A stretch of 64,000 bases of DNA from Octopus sinensis (lineage: Eukaryota): NCBI RefSeq assembly GCF_006345805.1, contig NC_043014.1:48794001-48858000 (forward strand), given 5' to 3'. The notes under the pieces are model-generated. The model did not search any database, was not told where the DNA came from, and saw nothing but the letters and a program-made list of their open reading frames with translations. This document shows, piece by piece, positions 15,807-27,610 of the stretch (position 1 is its first letter; each line of letters begins with the position of its first letter). The translations under genes were made by a program, and so were the position numbers.

Positions 15807-16213
15807 CATGAAGAATGTTTGAAGGATCTTGTGAATAGGAAGTTCATCAGTGGTCCCCAGCTGCAAGTCATCCTAACGAGACGTCTGCGTTGGCTGGGTC
15901 ATGCCCTCCGTCGTCAACCAGGAGAATTCATCTACGAAGCAATTGCCCCAGCTCCCCTCCAGGGTTGGTGAAAACGATGTGGTGGACCTTGAAAAACCTG
16001 GCTGATGACAGTCAAGGCTGATCTGGAACCCAACCTAGGCCCCCATGTCTATGGCGTTCGCCGCTGGAATAGGGAGTGGTTGGAGATCACGCGGTCGTTA
16101 GCCCCAAATCGCCAGGTTTGGTCGGCGTTTGTGAGAGATGCAGCATTGAAGATGAATGAAGCCAGCTCAACCCACCCCGGGTGAATGCTGTCCCAAGACA
16201 AGAAGAAAAGACA
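15807..16213 (+). mobile_element. 5'-truncated RTE LINE with 13-bp TSD
   Basis: RRLRWLGHALRR...KTWLMTVKADL...R.VWSAFV with stops; TSD ataaag(c/t)gaagta at 15794-15806 and 16214-16226. Confidence 0.88.
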
Positions 16214-16280
16214 ATAAAGTGAAGTAGAATATTTGGAACTGATATGGCTGGTTTAAAAGCTAAAGAGTTAAACTGAGATT

Positions 16281-16790
16281 CCCCATTGGCCACATGTCCA
16301 CTCATGCTCCCCATTGGCCACATGTCCACTCATGCTCCCCATTGGCCACATGTCCACTCATGCTCCCCATTGGCCACATGTCCACTCATGCTCCCCATTG
16401 GCCACATGTCCACTCATGCTCCCCATTGGCCACATGTCCATTCATGCTCCCCATTGGCCACATGTCCATTCATGCTCCCCATTGGCCACATGTCCACTCA
16501 TGTTCCCCATTGGCCACATGTCCACTCATGCTCCCCATTGGCCACATGTCCACTCATGCTCCCCATTGGCCACATGTCCACTCATGCTCCCCATTGGCCA
16601 CATGTCCACTCATGCTCCCCATTGGCCACATGTCCACTCATGCTCCCCATTGGCCACATGTCCATTCATGCTCCCCATTGGCCACATGTCCATTCATGCT
16701 CCCCATTGGCCACATGTCCACTCATGTTCCCCATTGGCCACATGTCCATTCATGCTCCCCATTGGCCACATGTTCACTCATGCTCCCCAT
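16281..16790. repeat. 28-bp minisatellite, about 18 near-identical units
   Basis: Unit ccccattggccacatgtcca(c/t)tcatg(c/t)t. Confidence 0.98.
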
Positions 16791-19470
16791 TCACTGCACT
16801 CACCTCTATTCTCATCTCTACCATCTGACACTCTCCTTTCATTCTCTTGGAAACCTACCTACCCATCCAGTCATTCTTGATTCTATAACCTTAGCCTCTC
16901 TTTATCCACCTGCTTTCACCTTGAGGGAATGCCCTGACACCTCATCTCCACCATCCTTTTCACTCCCTTTCCTCTTAAGGTAGCCATATGGCTCTTCTAC
17001 AGCAACACGTCTATTTGCGACCCTTTATCAAATTTAAGTCTCTCAACACCTGGAACAAAGCCACCTCCCTCAATACTGATCCTTGCTCATCCTGTCAAGT
17101 GATCTTGTCATGCAAGTTACTTGGTGACCTCACAAGCCCCAGGGTCACAACACACACACACAAAGCACTCAATACACTCTGTAAGGTGGTTGACATTAGG
17201 AAGCCACACCAAGGGAAACCTTAGAGCCCAACACAGTTATTTGCCTTGTTGGAGCTTGTCAAAATATTCAACCCATGCAAGCATGGAAAAGCAGACATTA
17301 AATGATGATGGTGATGATGATGATTAAATAGGTATGACAGGTTTCGTTCAGTTTCCATCAACCAAATACACTCACAAGGTATTGGTTGGCACAAGACAAT
17401 AGTAAAAGGTACCACAAGGTGGGACAGAACATGAAACCATGCGGTTGGCAACTAAACTTAACCACACAGCTATGCTGGCAACTGTTACATAAAGTTAATT
17501 AGATTTGACAAAGAACTTTTTTAATTAGTGTAACATATATATCCAATAAGTGTGACTTATTAGTCTACAGTATATGTGGTGACTCAGCACTTTATAATAC
17601 ACTCGTTAAATTAATGAATTAGCAATTCATTAGTAGGCATTAGTGCATACCAACATGATAAGTGCATGATTTTAGCATTTTTTTTTCTCTCCCCCCACCA
17701 CATTTTTGAAGTCTTTCATTCTTATCTTTGGAGCCTAGTCATAATGGCATCGAAAGAATTATCTCAAAGAAGTGGATGAAATTTTCGAGATTTGTGAACT
17801 GAACAAAATAGGGCGTTGTTGATAACAGCAACGAAATTCTTTGTCTCTATGTGGGGAATGAGTTGGGAGAAGAACTTGGAATGTAAAGATAGAATTTGAA
17901 GCTGGGTACCATTTGCTCTAAGAAAACAAAATGTTGAAGACGCAAAGAATATATATTCCAACAGCAAAAGAAGACGAAAGAACTTATAGGGTATGGTACC
18001 TAATAGAGCTTACATAAAAGTACCCTTCCACAAAATCTGCCTCTATAGCCACAAGTTAGATGTGGTTATATAGGTTTATGTGAAGCATAAATGAGGGTAC
18101 CCTCTGTCCATAACTTGAGTTTTTATTGAATTAAGTTTGATTCAGTTAGTCGCACACATATCTTTGTTGCTCTCCAAATTAAAGACCTGTTATTAACTTT
18201 TCGTATTGTATCTGTTGATGTTCAGTAACAAGTCAGGCAAGATACAGAGAGCGATTGACCTCCAATGCATATACTATACAGGCACAAATAGTCTGCCTGT
18301 AGCCAACTGGAAAAGAGGCCTTCCTGGGGCTAAATAACAGTAATATTGTCCTTGTATAGGACTGCCATGTTATGTTGGCAAATAAACTTTATCATTTTGA
18401 ATGTCTTATTGTTTGCTTGTTTCGGTCATTAGACTTATTTCTTTACTGTCCACAAGGGGTTACACACAGAGGGGACAAACAAGGACAGACAAAGGGATTT
18501 GTCTGGCCCCCATGCCGGTGGCATGTAAAAAGCACCATCCGATTGTGGCCGTTTGCCAGCCTCATCTGGCACCTGTGCTGGTGGCACATAAAAAGCACCC
18601 ACTACACTCTCGGAGTGGTTGGTGTTAGAAAGGGCATCCAGCTGTAGAAACACTGCCAGATCAGACTGGGCTTGGCACAGCCTTCTGGCTTCCCAGACCC
18701 CAGTTGAACCGTCCAACCCATGCTAGCATAGAAAACGGACGTTAAACGATGATGATGATATCGACCCCAGTACATAACTGGTACTTAATTTATCGACCAC
18801 GAAAGGATGAAAAGCAAAGTTGACTTCGGCAGAATTTGAACTCAGAACGTAGCGGCAAACGAAATACTGCTAAGCATTTCACCCGGCGTGCTAACGTTTC
18901 TGCCAGGTTGCCACCTTATTTCGGTCATTAGACTGCAGCCATGAGGGGGTAGTACCTTGAAGACTTTTAGCTGACTGAATTAACCTCAGCACTTATTTAT
19001 TTTTTTATGTGTGGTACTAATTCTATTGATATCTTTTGCTGAACTGCTCAGTTACAGGGACATAAACACATCAACACCTCTTGTCAGGCAGTAGTAGTGG
19101 ACAGACACATAAAGACACATGGCAGGTTCCTTTCAGTTTCCATCTACCAAGTTCACTCACAAGGCTTTGGATGGCCCAAGGTGCCACACAGTTTGACTGA
19201 ACCTGAAACCATGTGGCTGGAAGCAAACTTCTTACCACACAGCCATGCCTGTGCCTATAATGAATATTTTGGTAAAATAACTATGTCATAATTAAGTTGG
19301 TGCTTGGAACACATAAACAAACTTTTGATGGGAGGGCTTAATTTAAGGCCACTGTAAAAGAAAGTTTTTATTATGAAACCAAGGGTAGTCTCAGGTGGAT
19401 TAGTATCAAGAGTTAATATCAATTCTGAGGTTTTATGAAAATCAGTGATCTTGGATGGAGGTTGGGTGTA

Positions 19471-19917
19471 AGTTAGTTAGTTAGTTAGTTAGTTAGTTAA
19501 TTTGGCTCAAAAGCAAATAGCAAGGCCATGTAGGGGGACATGGAGTTAAGTACAGGGTGGTGTTCATGTAAAGAGTTCAGGCCACTTGAGGTCCAGGGAG
19601 GCTTTGAACAAAGCGGTCGTCGGCATCTTCACCATCTCGTCTGGCAGCTTGTTCCACGGATCCGCAACCCGGACGGAGAAAGCCCCTTTCCTTCGATTGA
19701 GATGAAATCGTCGCAGGTAGAGCTTTTCGGAATGACCCCGCAGCCGACGCTCCGGAGCAGGAGTGAAGAACAGCTCTTTCGAGAGGTTACACTTCCCGCT
19801 TATGATGTTGTGGGCGAGAATGAGATCACCACGGCGGCGGCGTTTTTCAAGAGAATAAAGGTCGAGCGTCCTCAGCCTTTCTTCGTAGGACAAATTTTTG
19901 AGACCATGAACCATGGT
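19471..19917 (-). mobile_element. 5'-truncated CR1-group LINE, young copy
   Basis: Uninterrupted ORF2 C-terminus GLKNLSYEERLRTLDLYSLEKRRRRGDLI...RLRGH...FSVRVADPWNKLP...FKASLD, short 3' UTR and (TAAC)n tail; CpGs retained. Confidence 0.92.
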
Positions 19918-20307
19918 CAGTAGGTGCTAGCTGTATTAACACTGCACACATCAAAATGTTGCAGCTTATTTTAATTTCATAAACATGTGCACGCTGCACA
20001 TATGTTTGAACGCCACTCACAAGCAGCAAATTGAAGAGACTTTTGTGTGTTCAAAGAATCAAAAGTTCTCAGTGGTTAGGAAAAATTGGAGAGAATGTAG
20101 GTCTGGTCATAACTAGAATGTCTTTCACTATAAGTCTACCAAATTATGATGACTGATCTGGAATTTAACAACAAAAACAACTATTACACCAGATTTTATC
20201 AATGCTTTATGAAAAGGGATGGCTGTATGATAAAGAAATAACCATGTGGTTCTGGGTTCAATCGCGCTGCATGGCACCTTGGGCAACTGTCTACTATACC
20301 CCTGAGG

Positions 20308-20684
20308 GCGTCGCCAAAGTCCATCCCCTCCTCACCGTGGCGGGGACGCTAGCAACGGGTAGTGTCAGAGCTATGCCATCGGGAACTTCGGTTCCTGGTA
20401 GGGCCACCCAAGGTGGATTGGTCTGACACCGAGTGGTATTAGGGCCACAACCCGGCAGACGGGGCTCTGGTGAAAATCCTCGGAGTGTCTGTTTCGGCAA
20501 CCGGCGGCTCCTCAGTCGTTCTGTCCCTGCGTCTGTGGGCAATCTGCAGCAAACAAGATGTCTCTACATGCGGGATTGTTGGGGACCGCTTGTGAATTCC
20601 ATATTCCCACGAAACTTCTTCCTCAAGGGTGCTAGAAGCTGACTGAACCCACCCTGGGCGAATGTCGCCAAAAGTACAAGTAAG
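20308..20684 (+). mobile_element. Non-autonomous RTE-derived element (377 bp) inserted in a SINE, 13-bp TSD
   Basis: TSD tata(c/g)ccctgagg at 20295-20307 and 20685-20697. 5' part carries RTE 5'-UTR-like motifs (cgtggcgggg...gagctatgcc...ggtagggccacccaag). 3' end (gaagctgactgaacccaccctgggcgaatg) resembles the 3' end of the RTE at about 16155-16200. No RT ORF. Confidence 0.8.
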
Positions 20685-23636
20685 TATAGCCCTGAGGCCA
20701 ACCAATGCATTGAGTGAATTTGGCAACAGAAACTTTGAATGGAATGAAATGCAATGGAGGAAAGATAACACCTCTCAACCTAATGCCTACCTGTACAAGA
20801 TTGGAACTCACCTGAGTTCATTTACCTACAACAAATGTTATTTCTTAAACACCAAATGTCTTTGAGATTGAGCACTTCTCACCTGAGGATCTGTACACCA
20901 CTCCCAGAAGATCTAACCTACTGATACCTATTTCTTTACTACCCACAAGGGGCTAAACATAGAGGGGACAAACAAGGACAGACAAACGGATTAAGTCGAT
21001 TATATCGACCCCAGTGCGTAACTGGTACTTATTTAATCGACCCCGAAAGGATGGAAGGCAAAGTCGACCTTGGCGGAATTTGAACTCAGAACGTAACGGC
21101 AGACGAAATACGGCTACGCATTTCGCCCGGCGTGCTAACGTTTCTGCCAGCTTGCCGCCTTCTGATGCCATTGATCAATGGACCTAATGAATATTTAAAG
21201 ATGCTTATAGGTTACATTTATTTGTTCTTTTCATTTGAAACTTGTTTTTCCATGCCAGCATGGCTTCGACAAGCGAAGGGTGAGGCAAAATTTTTAGCGC
21301 CGGATGTTTTTCCTGATGCCAACTTTTTATGTTTTTCAAGTAAGTGACTATTTTCATTCCATTACAATTCAAAAGTGCAGAGGTACTACCAGATGATTAG
21401 TAGACAGGAAATGTCAACAAATGTCACCAGTTGCTGCCCACCAACAAACAATGATGAGGTCACTGTCTGGATCTGGTATGTGCAGGCGTAACACAACCAG
21501 CTGGAAGCTAATGGAATGAGAAACGGATTTGGTTTTAGACAGATTTGGCTTTAGACATAACTCCCATATGTATTTGTTCCTTTATTACACACAAGGGGCA
21601 AAACGCAAAGGGGACAAACAAGGACAGACAAACGGATTAAGTCGATTACATCAACCCCAGTGCGTAACTGGTACTTAATTTATCGACCCCGAAAGGATGA
21701 AAGGCAAGGTTGACCTCGGCGGAATTTGAACTCAGAACGTAACAGCAGACGAAATACCTATTTCTTTACTGCCCACAAGGGGCTAAACATAGAAGTAATA
21801 AACAAGGACAGACAAAGGGATTAAGTCGATTACATCGCCCCCAGTGCAAAACTGGTACTTTATTTATCGACCCCGAAAGGATGAAAGGCAAAGTCAACCT
21901 CAGCAGAATTTGAACTCAGGACATAACAACAGACGAAATACCGCTAAGCATTATCGCCCGGCGTGCAAACGTTTCTGCCAGCTCACCACCTTAAATATAA
22001 TATAATATAGTGTAATACAACTTAATGTAATATATTTCTTTATTGCCCACAAGGGGCTAAACATAGAGGGGGCGAACAATGACAGACAAATGGATTAAGT
22101 CAATTACATCAACCCCAGTGTGTAACTGGTACTTAATTTATCGACCCCAAAAGGATGAAAGGCAAAGTCGACCTCGGTGGAATTTGAACTCAGAACGTAA
22201 CGACAGACGAAATATGGCTACGCATTTTGCCCGGCGTGCTAACGGTTCTGCCAGCTCGCCGCCTTTGACTCCCGTATGTATTAGCCAAACAGAAGGAGGG
22301 GGGCATTGACAATAGGACTGTCTTTTAATCAAAACTGAAATACCATTCAGAGGCTGAGAAAACAGTTTTCTTAAAATATGTTGGTAAATAATTATTTAGT
22401 AATTAAACTGGATAAGCTCATCTGTCTGAGGGGAAAAAGGACTTTACTATACCAAATATATATTTTTTTCTTTACTACCCACAAGGGGCTAAACATAGAG
22501 GGGACAAACAAGGACAGACAAACGGATTAAGTCGATTACATCGACCCCAGTGCGTAACTGGTACTTAATTTATCGACCCCGAAAGGATGAAAGGCAAAGT
22601 CAACCTCGGCAGAATTTGAACTCAGAACGTAACGACAGACGAAATACAGCTACGCATTTCGCCCGGTGTGCTAACGGTTCTGCCAGCTCACGGCCTTTAC
22701 TACACAAAATATTCGTGGGTCATACATGAGATAGGAATTTAAATTCATGCATCATGATTATATTGAAAATACCTTTTATTGCTAAGAAATTGCACAACCC
22801 TCTTGCTACAATCGGAGAATCCAGGTTAGGAGGTTGGTATCAAAAGGTTTTTAATAAAAGCAGAATTTAATTTTCTTATTCAGAAAGAAGTTGTTCTTTA
22901 CACCAACAATTGTACCGAGTGAAATTGCTTACCTAGAAACCTACACAAGGTTCGAGTCCCACCTGATTCAGCAATATAGATACAGGGTCCAAGTCCTACT
23001 ATCAGTAACTCAGCAATATTATATATATTTATATATATATATATATATATATAATTTGAGGGAATATTATTCCTAACTTACAGGGGAAAATTCAATTTAG
23101 AAATACTAAATCAAATTTCACAAAATAAAATATATATATATATATAAAAATTAGAAAAAAATACCTTTTATCAATTCAAAATGAACAATCAAATTACACC
23201 ATTTTATATTTAATATTTCTATTATATGTAATTTTCTAGATGGTGTAATTTAATTGTTCATTTTGAATAGATAAAAGGTGCTTTTTTCTAATTTATATAT
23301 ATATGTATATATATCACGTGACCGACCAGGCTATCAGATGTTATGCATCGCTGGTCACAATGCACTTCACATTGTTTTAGTCTTCAAACGAAGCCACCCA
23401 GCTGGCTAAGCGAGCAGGCCAATAGAAGAAAGAGTGAGAGAAAGTTGTGGCAAAAGAGTACAGCAGGGATTGCCACGACCCCCTGCCGGAGCCTTGTGGA
23501 GCTTTTAGGTGTTTTCGCTCAATAAACACTCACAACACTCGGTTTGGGAATCGAAACCGCGATCCTACGACCGTGAGTCCACTGCCCTAACCACTGGGCC
23601 ATTTGCACCTCCACATATGTATATATATATATATAT

Positions 23637-23830
23637 ACCGGAGTAAACACATAAATGTGAAACAAGGTGGAAAAAAGAGTACTCAAATACCAGTGGTAGA
23701 GTAATATGCTTTATTTAAAAGCAGCAGAAATTTCAACAAAACCTGTTACTCTGAGTTTCATGTTCCCGTTCGTTGGACAGTTTTTGCTAGAAAAAACTTG
23801 AATTTTCTGCTGCTTTTAAATAAAGTATAT
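23637..23830. mobile_element. Penelope-like fragment with inverted repeat, in a (TA)n tract
   Basis: Arms atatgctttatttaaaagcagcagaaatttcaa (23704-23736) and ttgaattttctgctgcttttaaataaagtatat (23798-23830) enclose the hammerhead remnant. Confidence 0.55.
23743..23780 (-). ncRNA. Degenerate hammerhead ribozyme remnant
   Basis: ctgt CCAACGA acg-ggaa-cat GAAA ctcagag TA acag: stem I ctgt/acag is intact, but the core has two changes from CUGANGA. Confidence 0.45.
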
Positions 23831-25234
23831 ATATATATATATATATAGGCGCAGGAGTGGCTGTGTGGTAAGTAGCTTGTTTACCAACCACATGGTTCCG
23901 GGTTCAGTCCCACTGCGTGGCACCTTGGGTAAGTGTCTTCTACTATAGCCTCGGGCCGACCAAAGCCTTGTGAGTGGATTTGGTAGACGGAAACTGAAAG
24001 AAGCCCGTTGTATATATGTATATATATGTATGTGCGTGTATGTTTGTGTGTCTGTGTTTGTCCCCCCTAGCATTGCTTGACAACCGATGGTGGTGTGTTT
24101 ATGTCTCCGTCACTTAGCAGTTTGGCAAAAGAGACAGATAGAATAAGTACTGGGCTTACAAAAAAAGAATAAGTCCCGGGGTCGAGTTGCTCGACTAAAG
24201 GCGGTGCCCCAGCATGGCCGCAGTCAAATGACTGAAACAAGTAAAAGAGTAAAAGAGTATACACACACACATACATACATACATACATACATACATACAG
24301 GATTCAAGTCCTATCAGTGACCTAGTAATCTATAGAAAACTAGTTCAAATCCAAATCAGCAAACTTGTTACTTTTTCCTAGAGTTTCTCTTTATAAGGCC
24401 TCTCGTATTATTCACAAGGAAGTTAAATTTTCTCTGCATTCATTGGGGATTAGGTTCAACTCAATTTCTCACAGGTGGGCGGTGGATAATTTATCAACTA
24501 GTTTAACACCACCAATTGCCAGTAAGATACACGTACATGATAGTAGCAAACAAGTATCACTGACATTCATGTGATGTCTTTCATCTCTATATATATAAAC
24601 GGCAAAATGTCCTTTATACAAATCCACAATTTTTCAGAGGGTTCGCACGTTCTATGGTCATTCAGAACTGTCCAAGGGTGGTCGTGCACATCTTTACATT
24701 TCCCCAGTCACCCCGCAAAGCCATTGAAAAATCAATAGAAGTGACTTTTTTGTGAATTTTCTATCCAAAAGCCAATCAAAATACCTGAAACTTGATACGC
24801 CACTTGAATGCCAGCTACCTGTATGTGATTGGTCGGAGAATAGGACAGTACTCACGTGTATGTGCACACGCATGCAGCTTTATATGCATGCACTATGACC
24901 CGGCATTGTTAGTTTCCAATATTCTGTGAGAACATGCCTGATGAAAGAGAAATATTATTACCGTACTTGGAAATAGGAAGGCAGCTGACCATAGATAATT
25001 TGCCTCAACAAATTCCAGCCAATGCATGTGAGCATGGAAAAGTGGACATTAAAATGATGATGATACACATATACATACATACATATACAAAATATTCTTC
25101 CTTCTAACATGGAATGAAAACTTATGATAGCATGAACTTGTAACATTATCACTAACTTTTTATTCAAGATTAGTACAAGTGAAACCAGTTGACTAGGCAA
25201 ATATTTTATTCCATTCATATATATACATACACAT

Positions 25235-25272
<38 letters not shown>

Positions 25273-25273
<1 letters not shown>

Positions 25274-25562
25274 TGGAGGCACAATGGCTTAGTAGTTAGG
25301 GCAGCGAACTCGCGGTTTCGATTCCCAGATCAGGCGTTGTGAGGGTTTATTGAGCAAAAACACCTAAAGCTCCACGAGGCTCCGGCAGGGGGTGGTGGCA
25401 ATCCCAGCTGTACTCTTTTGCCACAACTTTCTCTCACTCTTTCTTCTGTTGGCCTGCTCGCTTAGCCAGCAGGGTGGCGTCATTTGAAGGCTAAAACAAT
25501 GCGAAGCACATTGTGACCAGTGATGTGTAGCAACATCTGATAGCCTGGTCGGTCACGGTGAT
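25273..25562 (+). mobile_element. SINE family D (tRNA-derived), representative copy
   Basis: gtggaggcacaatggcttagtagttagggcagcg...ggtttcgattccc head. Other copies at about 13120-13482(-), 23315-23613(-), 32395-32678(-), 46605-46878(-), with differing 3' tails. Confidence 0.85.
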
Positions 25563-25839
25563 ATATAGATATATATAAAATTTCTGTGCATTTTCCTTCT
25601 TTTCATATTTTTCACTACAATTGATCATGTGCAAAACTATTTTTTATAGAACCTTTTCATTATATATATATAATGTACTGATCCATGAAGAAAATTCAAC
25701 AAAAAAGTACCCCCATCTGCTGAGAGATTAACATTATTTAATAGACATAATACACGTATCAAAGTGCTATGAAACTATTAGTAGCACATTAATACATTTA
25801 TCGTGACTTTGAATAAATAAATTATATATTACACATTCA

Positions 25840-26293
25840 TATATATACGTATGCGTGGGCGTGCATGTGTGGAATGCGTCCCCGCTTTTGGCACTATTTT
25901 ATAAGTATTACTACGCTGTGTCTAAAGTTATATAGGTGTCACTGCGCTGAATGTGGTCAGTTCGTGTAACATGTAAAACAATAACAATGGCTTTCATATT
26001 GGTTGTCTATCCCATTAGAACGAAATAACACATAACATGGTGGCAGCGATGGGATTCGAACCCACGCCTCCGAAGAGACTGGTAAGGACGCTCTCCAGTT
26101 GATAGAAGCAGTAGACACTGCAAGAGCATTCGAAGCCACTACCAAACAAATGGCCTCACTTAGCTTACAAACAAGCTCACTAGGCACAGGACGAAACGTA
26201 CCCGCAAACAAAGAACATGCCAGTACTGTGGCACAGAACATGAGTTCGATAACTGGAAGAAATGACAGTTTGGCAGAAATCGATGAGCCATAG
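25840..26293 (+). mobile_element. Degenerate LTR retrotransposon remnant (LTR-like end, PBS, gag-like fragment)
   Basis: ...cataaCA is directly followed by a TGG-starting tRNA complement, then an open frame GKDALQLIEAVDTARAFEATTKQMASL resembling Ty3/gypsy Gag. Left boundary uncertain. Confidence 0.6.
26038..26083 (-). pseudogene. 3' half of tRNA-Leu including encoded CCA (extended primer-binding site or retrocopied tRNA half)
   Basis: Reverse complement is ACCAGTCTCTTCGGAGGCGTGGGTTCGAATCCCATCGCTGCCA-CCA: 3' anticodon-stem strand, long variable arm, T-loop GTTCGAATCC and acceptor stem of a eukaryotic tRNA-Leu. The 5' half is absent. Confidence 0.9.
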
Positions 26294-27399
26294 GGGTGCA
26301 TCCAACGCTAATGTTAGCTTTGGTATGGTTTCTATGCCTGGATGCCCTTCCTAATACCAGCCTCATTATAGTGTTCTGGGAGATTGTTTTTTATGTCACT
26401 AGCACTGGTGAGGTTGCCAAGTCACTTGCAAGGCAAAGAAAGACAAGAACAAGAAGGAGAAGTAACAAAAAAGGGAAGGAAAAGAAAAAAAAAAACTCTC
26501 CTGGACTATATATGGGAGGGGGTTTAGTATATGAGATGGGAAGAGGTGATGGTTGTAAATCATGTGCTGAGGAACTAGAGGGTGATGGAAGAAGAAACAG
26601 CATAGGTGGCTTGTAATAGAGATACAAGACCAGGTAGTTGGGAAGAAGACAGAAGTGGTGGTGGGATGCTGGATACAATGGATTGTGAGGTGGGGGTGAA
26701 TAGAGGAGAGAAAAGATGGGGGTAGAGGTGCATATAGCAATTGATGGCCAGAGATATATATTTCTTTATTGCCCAGAGGGGGCTAAACATAGAGGGGACA
26801 AACAAGGACAGACAAAGGGATTAAATCGATTACATCGACCCCAGTGCGTAACTGGTACTTATTTAATCGACCCCAAAAGGATGAAAGGCAAAGTCGACCA
26901 CGGCGGAATTTGAACTCAGAGCGTAACGGCAGACAAAATACGGCTACGCATTTCGCCTGGCTTGCTAACGTTTCTGCCAGCTCACCACCATTTGTTGGTC
27001 AGAGATATAGGAGTGGCTCAGAGGGCTTTGGCAAGTGGGGTGTGGTGGTAGATGTAAGAGGCTATTAGTAGTGACAGCAGATAAGAGAAATGTTAAGAGT
27101 GGAGCAGAGGAGGAGAGCAATGGCTGAAGGAAGAAAAGGACATGACTGGTGGAAACGGTGTGGGCAGGAATGATAATGAGGAATGGAAGTGGTTCTGATG
27201 AGGGGGAGTAATGAGACTAATCTGCTCTCAGGTGATTACAGCAGCTGAGTAGTACAATGATGGGTGTTACAGGATGTGATGTAAGGAGAAATGCTCAACA
27301 GGGCCTCAAATGTATGAGTATAAACAAGGTGGTTTTAGGATGTCATTTCTGCTGTGATGGACAGGTCTTAAGCACATCAAATCCCCAATCAACTTAGTC

Positions 27400-27610
27400 T
27401 CTTGTCATTTTCTCCATAAGGTCCAGCGTCTTGAGATCGGCCTTCACTACTTTGTCCCACGTTTCCCAGGGTCTCCCTCTGCTACAAGTACCATCAACAC
27501 TGAGTGATCAGCATTTCATTCTGCAGCTGTCCTCATCCATACACAACACATGAGACCAAATTACACAGTCTTCACTCTTGCACACTACATCTGATTCATC
27601 TTATGTCTAC
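27400..27610 (-). mobile_element. RTE LINE fragments (similar remnant at about 46880-47010)
   Basis: GTCSRGRPWETWDKVVKADLKTLDL and an HVVCMDED-like remnant. Confidence 0.6.

Noticed and set aside
16281-16790. CRISPR-like array (28-bp repeats)
   Set aside because: No unique spacers, no cas genes, eukaryotic context. The same applies to the arrays at 60890-61457 and 62809-63503.
16286-16983. Three long overlapping ORFs (180-229 aa)
   Set aside because: Products of the stop-free 28-bp minisatellite; no splice or coding signal.
17764-17967. 67-aa minus-strand ORF in unique sequence
   Set aside because: Non-ATG start, no flanking splice signals and no recognisable family.
26038-26083. Functional tRNA-Leu gene
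   Set aside because: No 5' half, D-arm or anticodon; encoded CCA indicates a reverse-transcribed origin.
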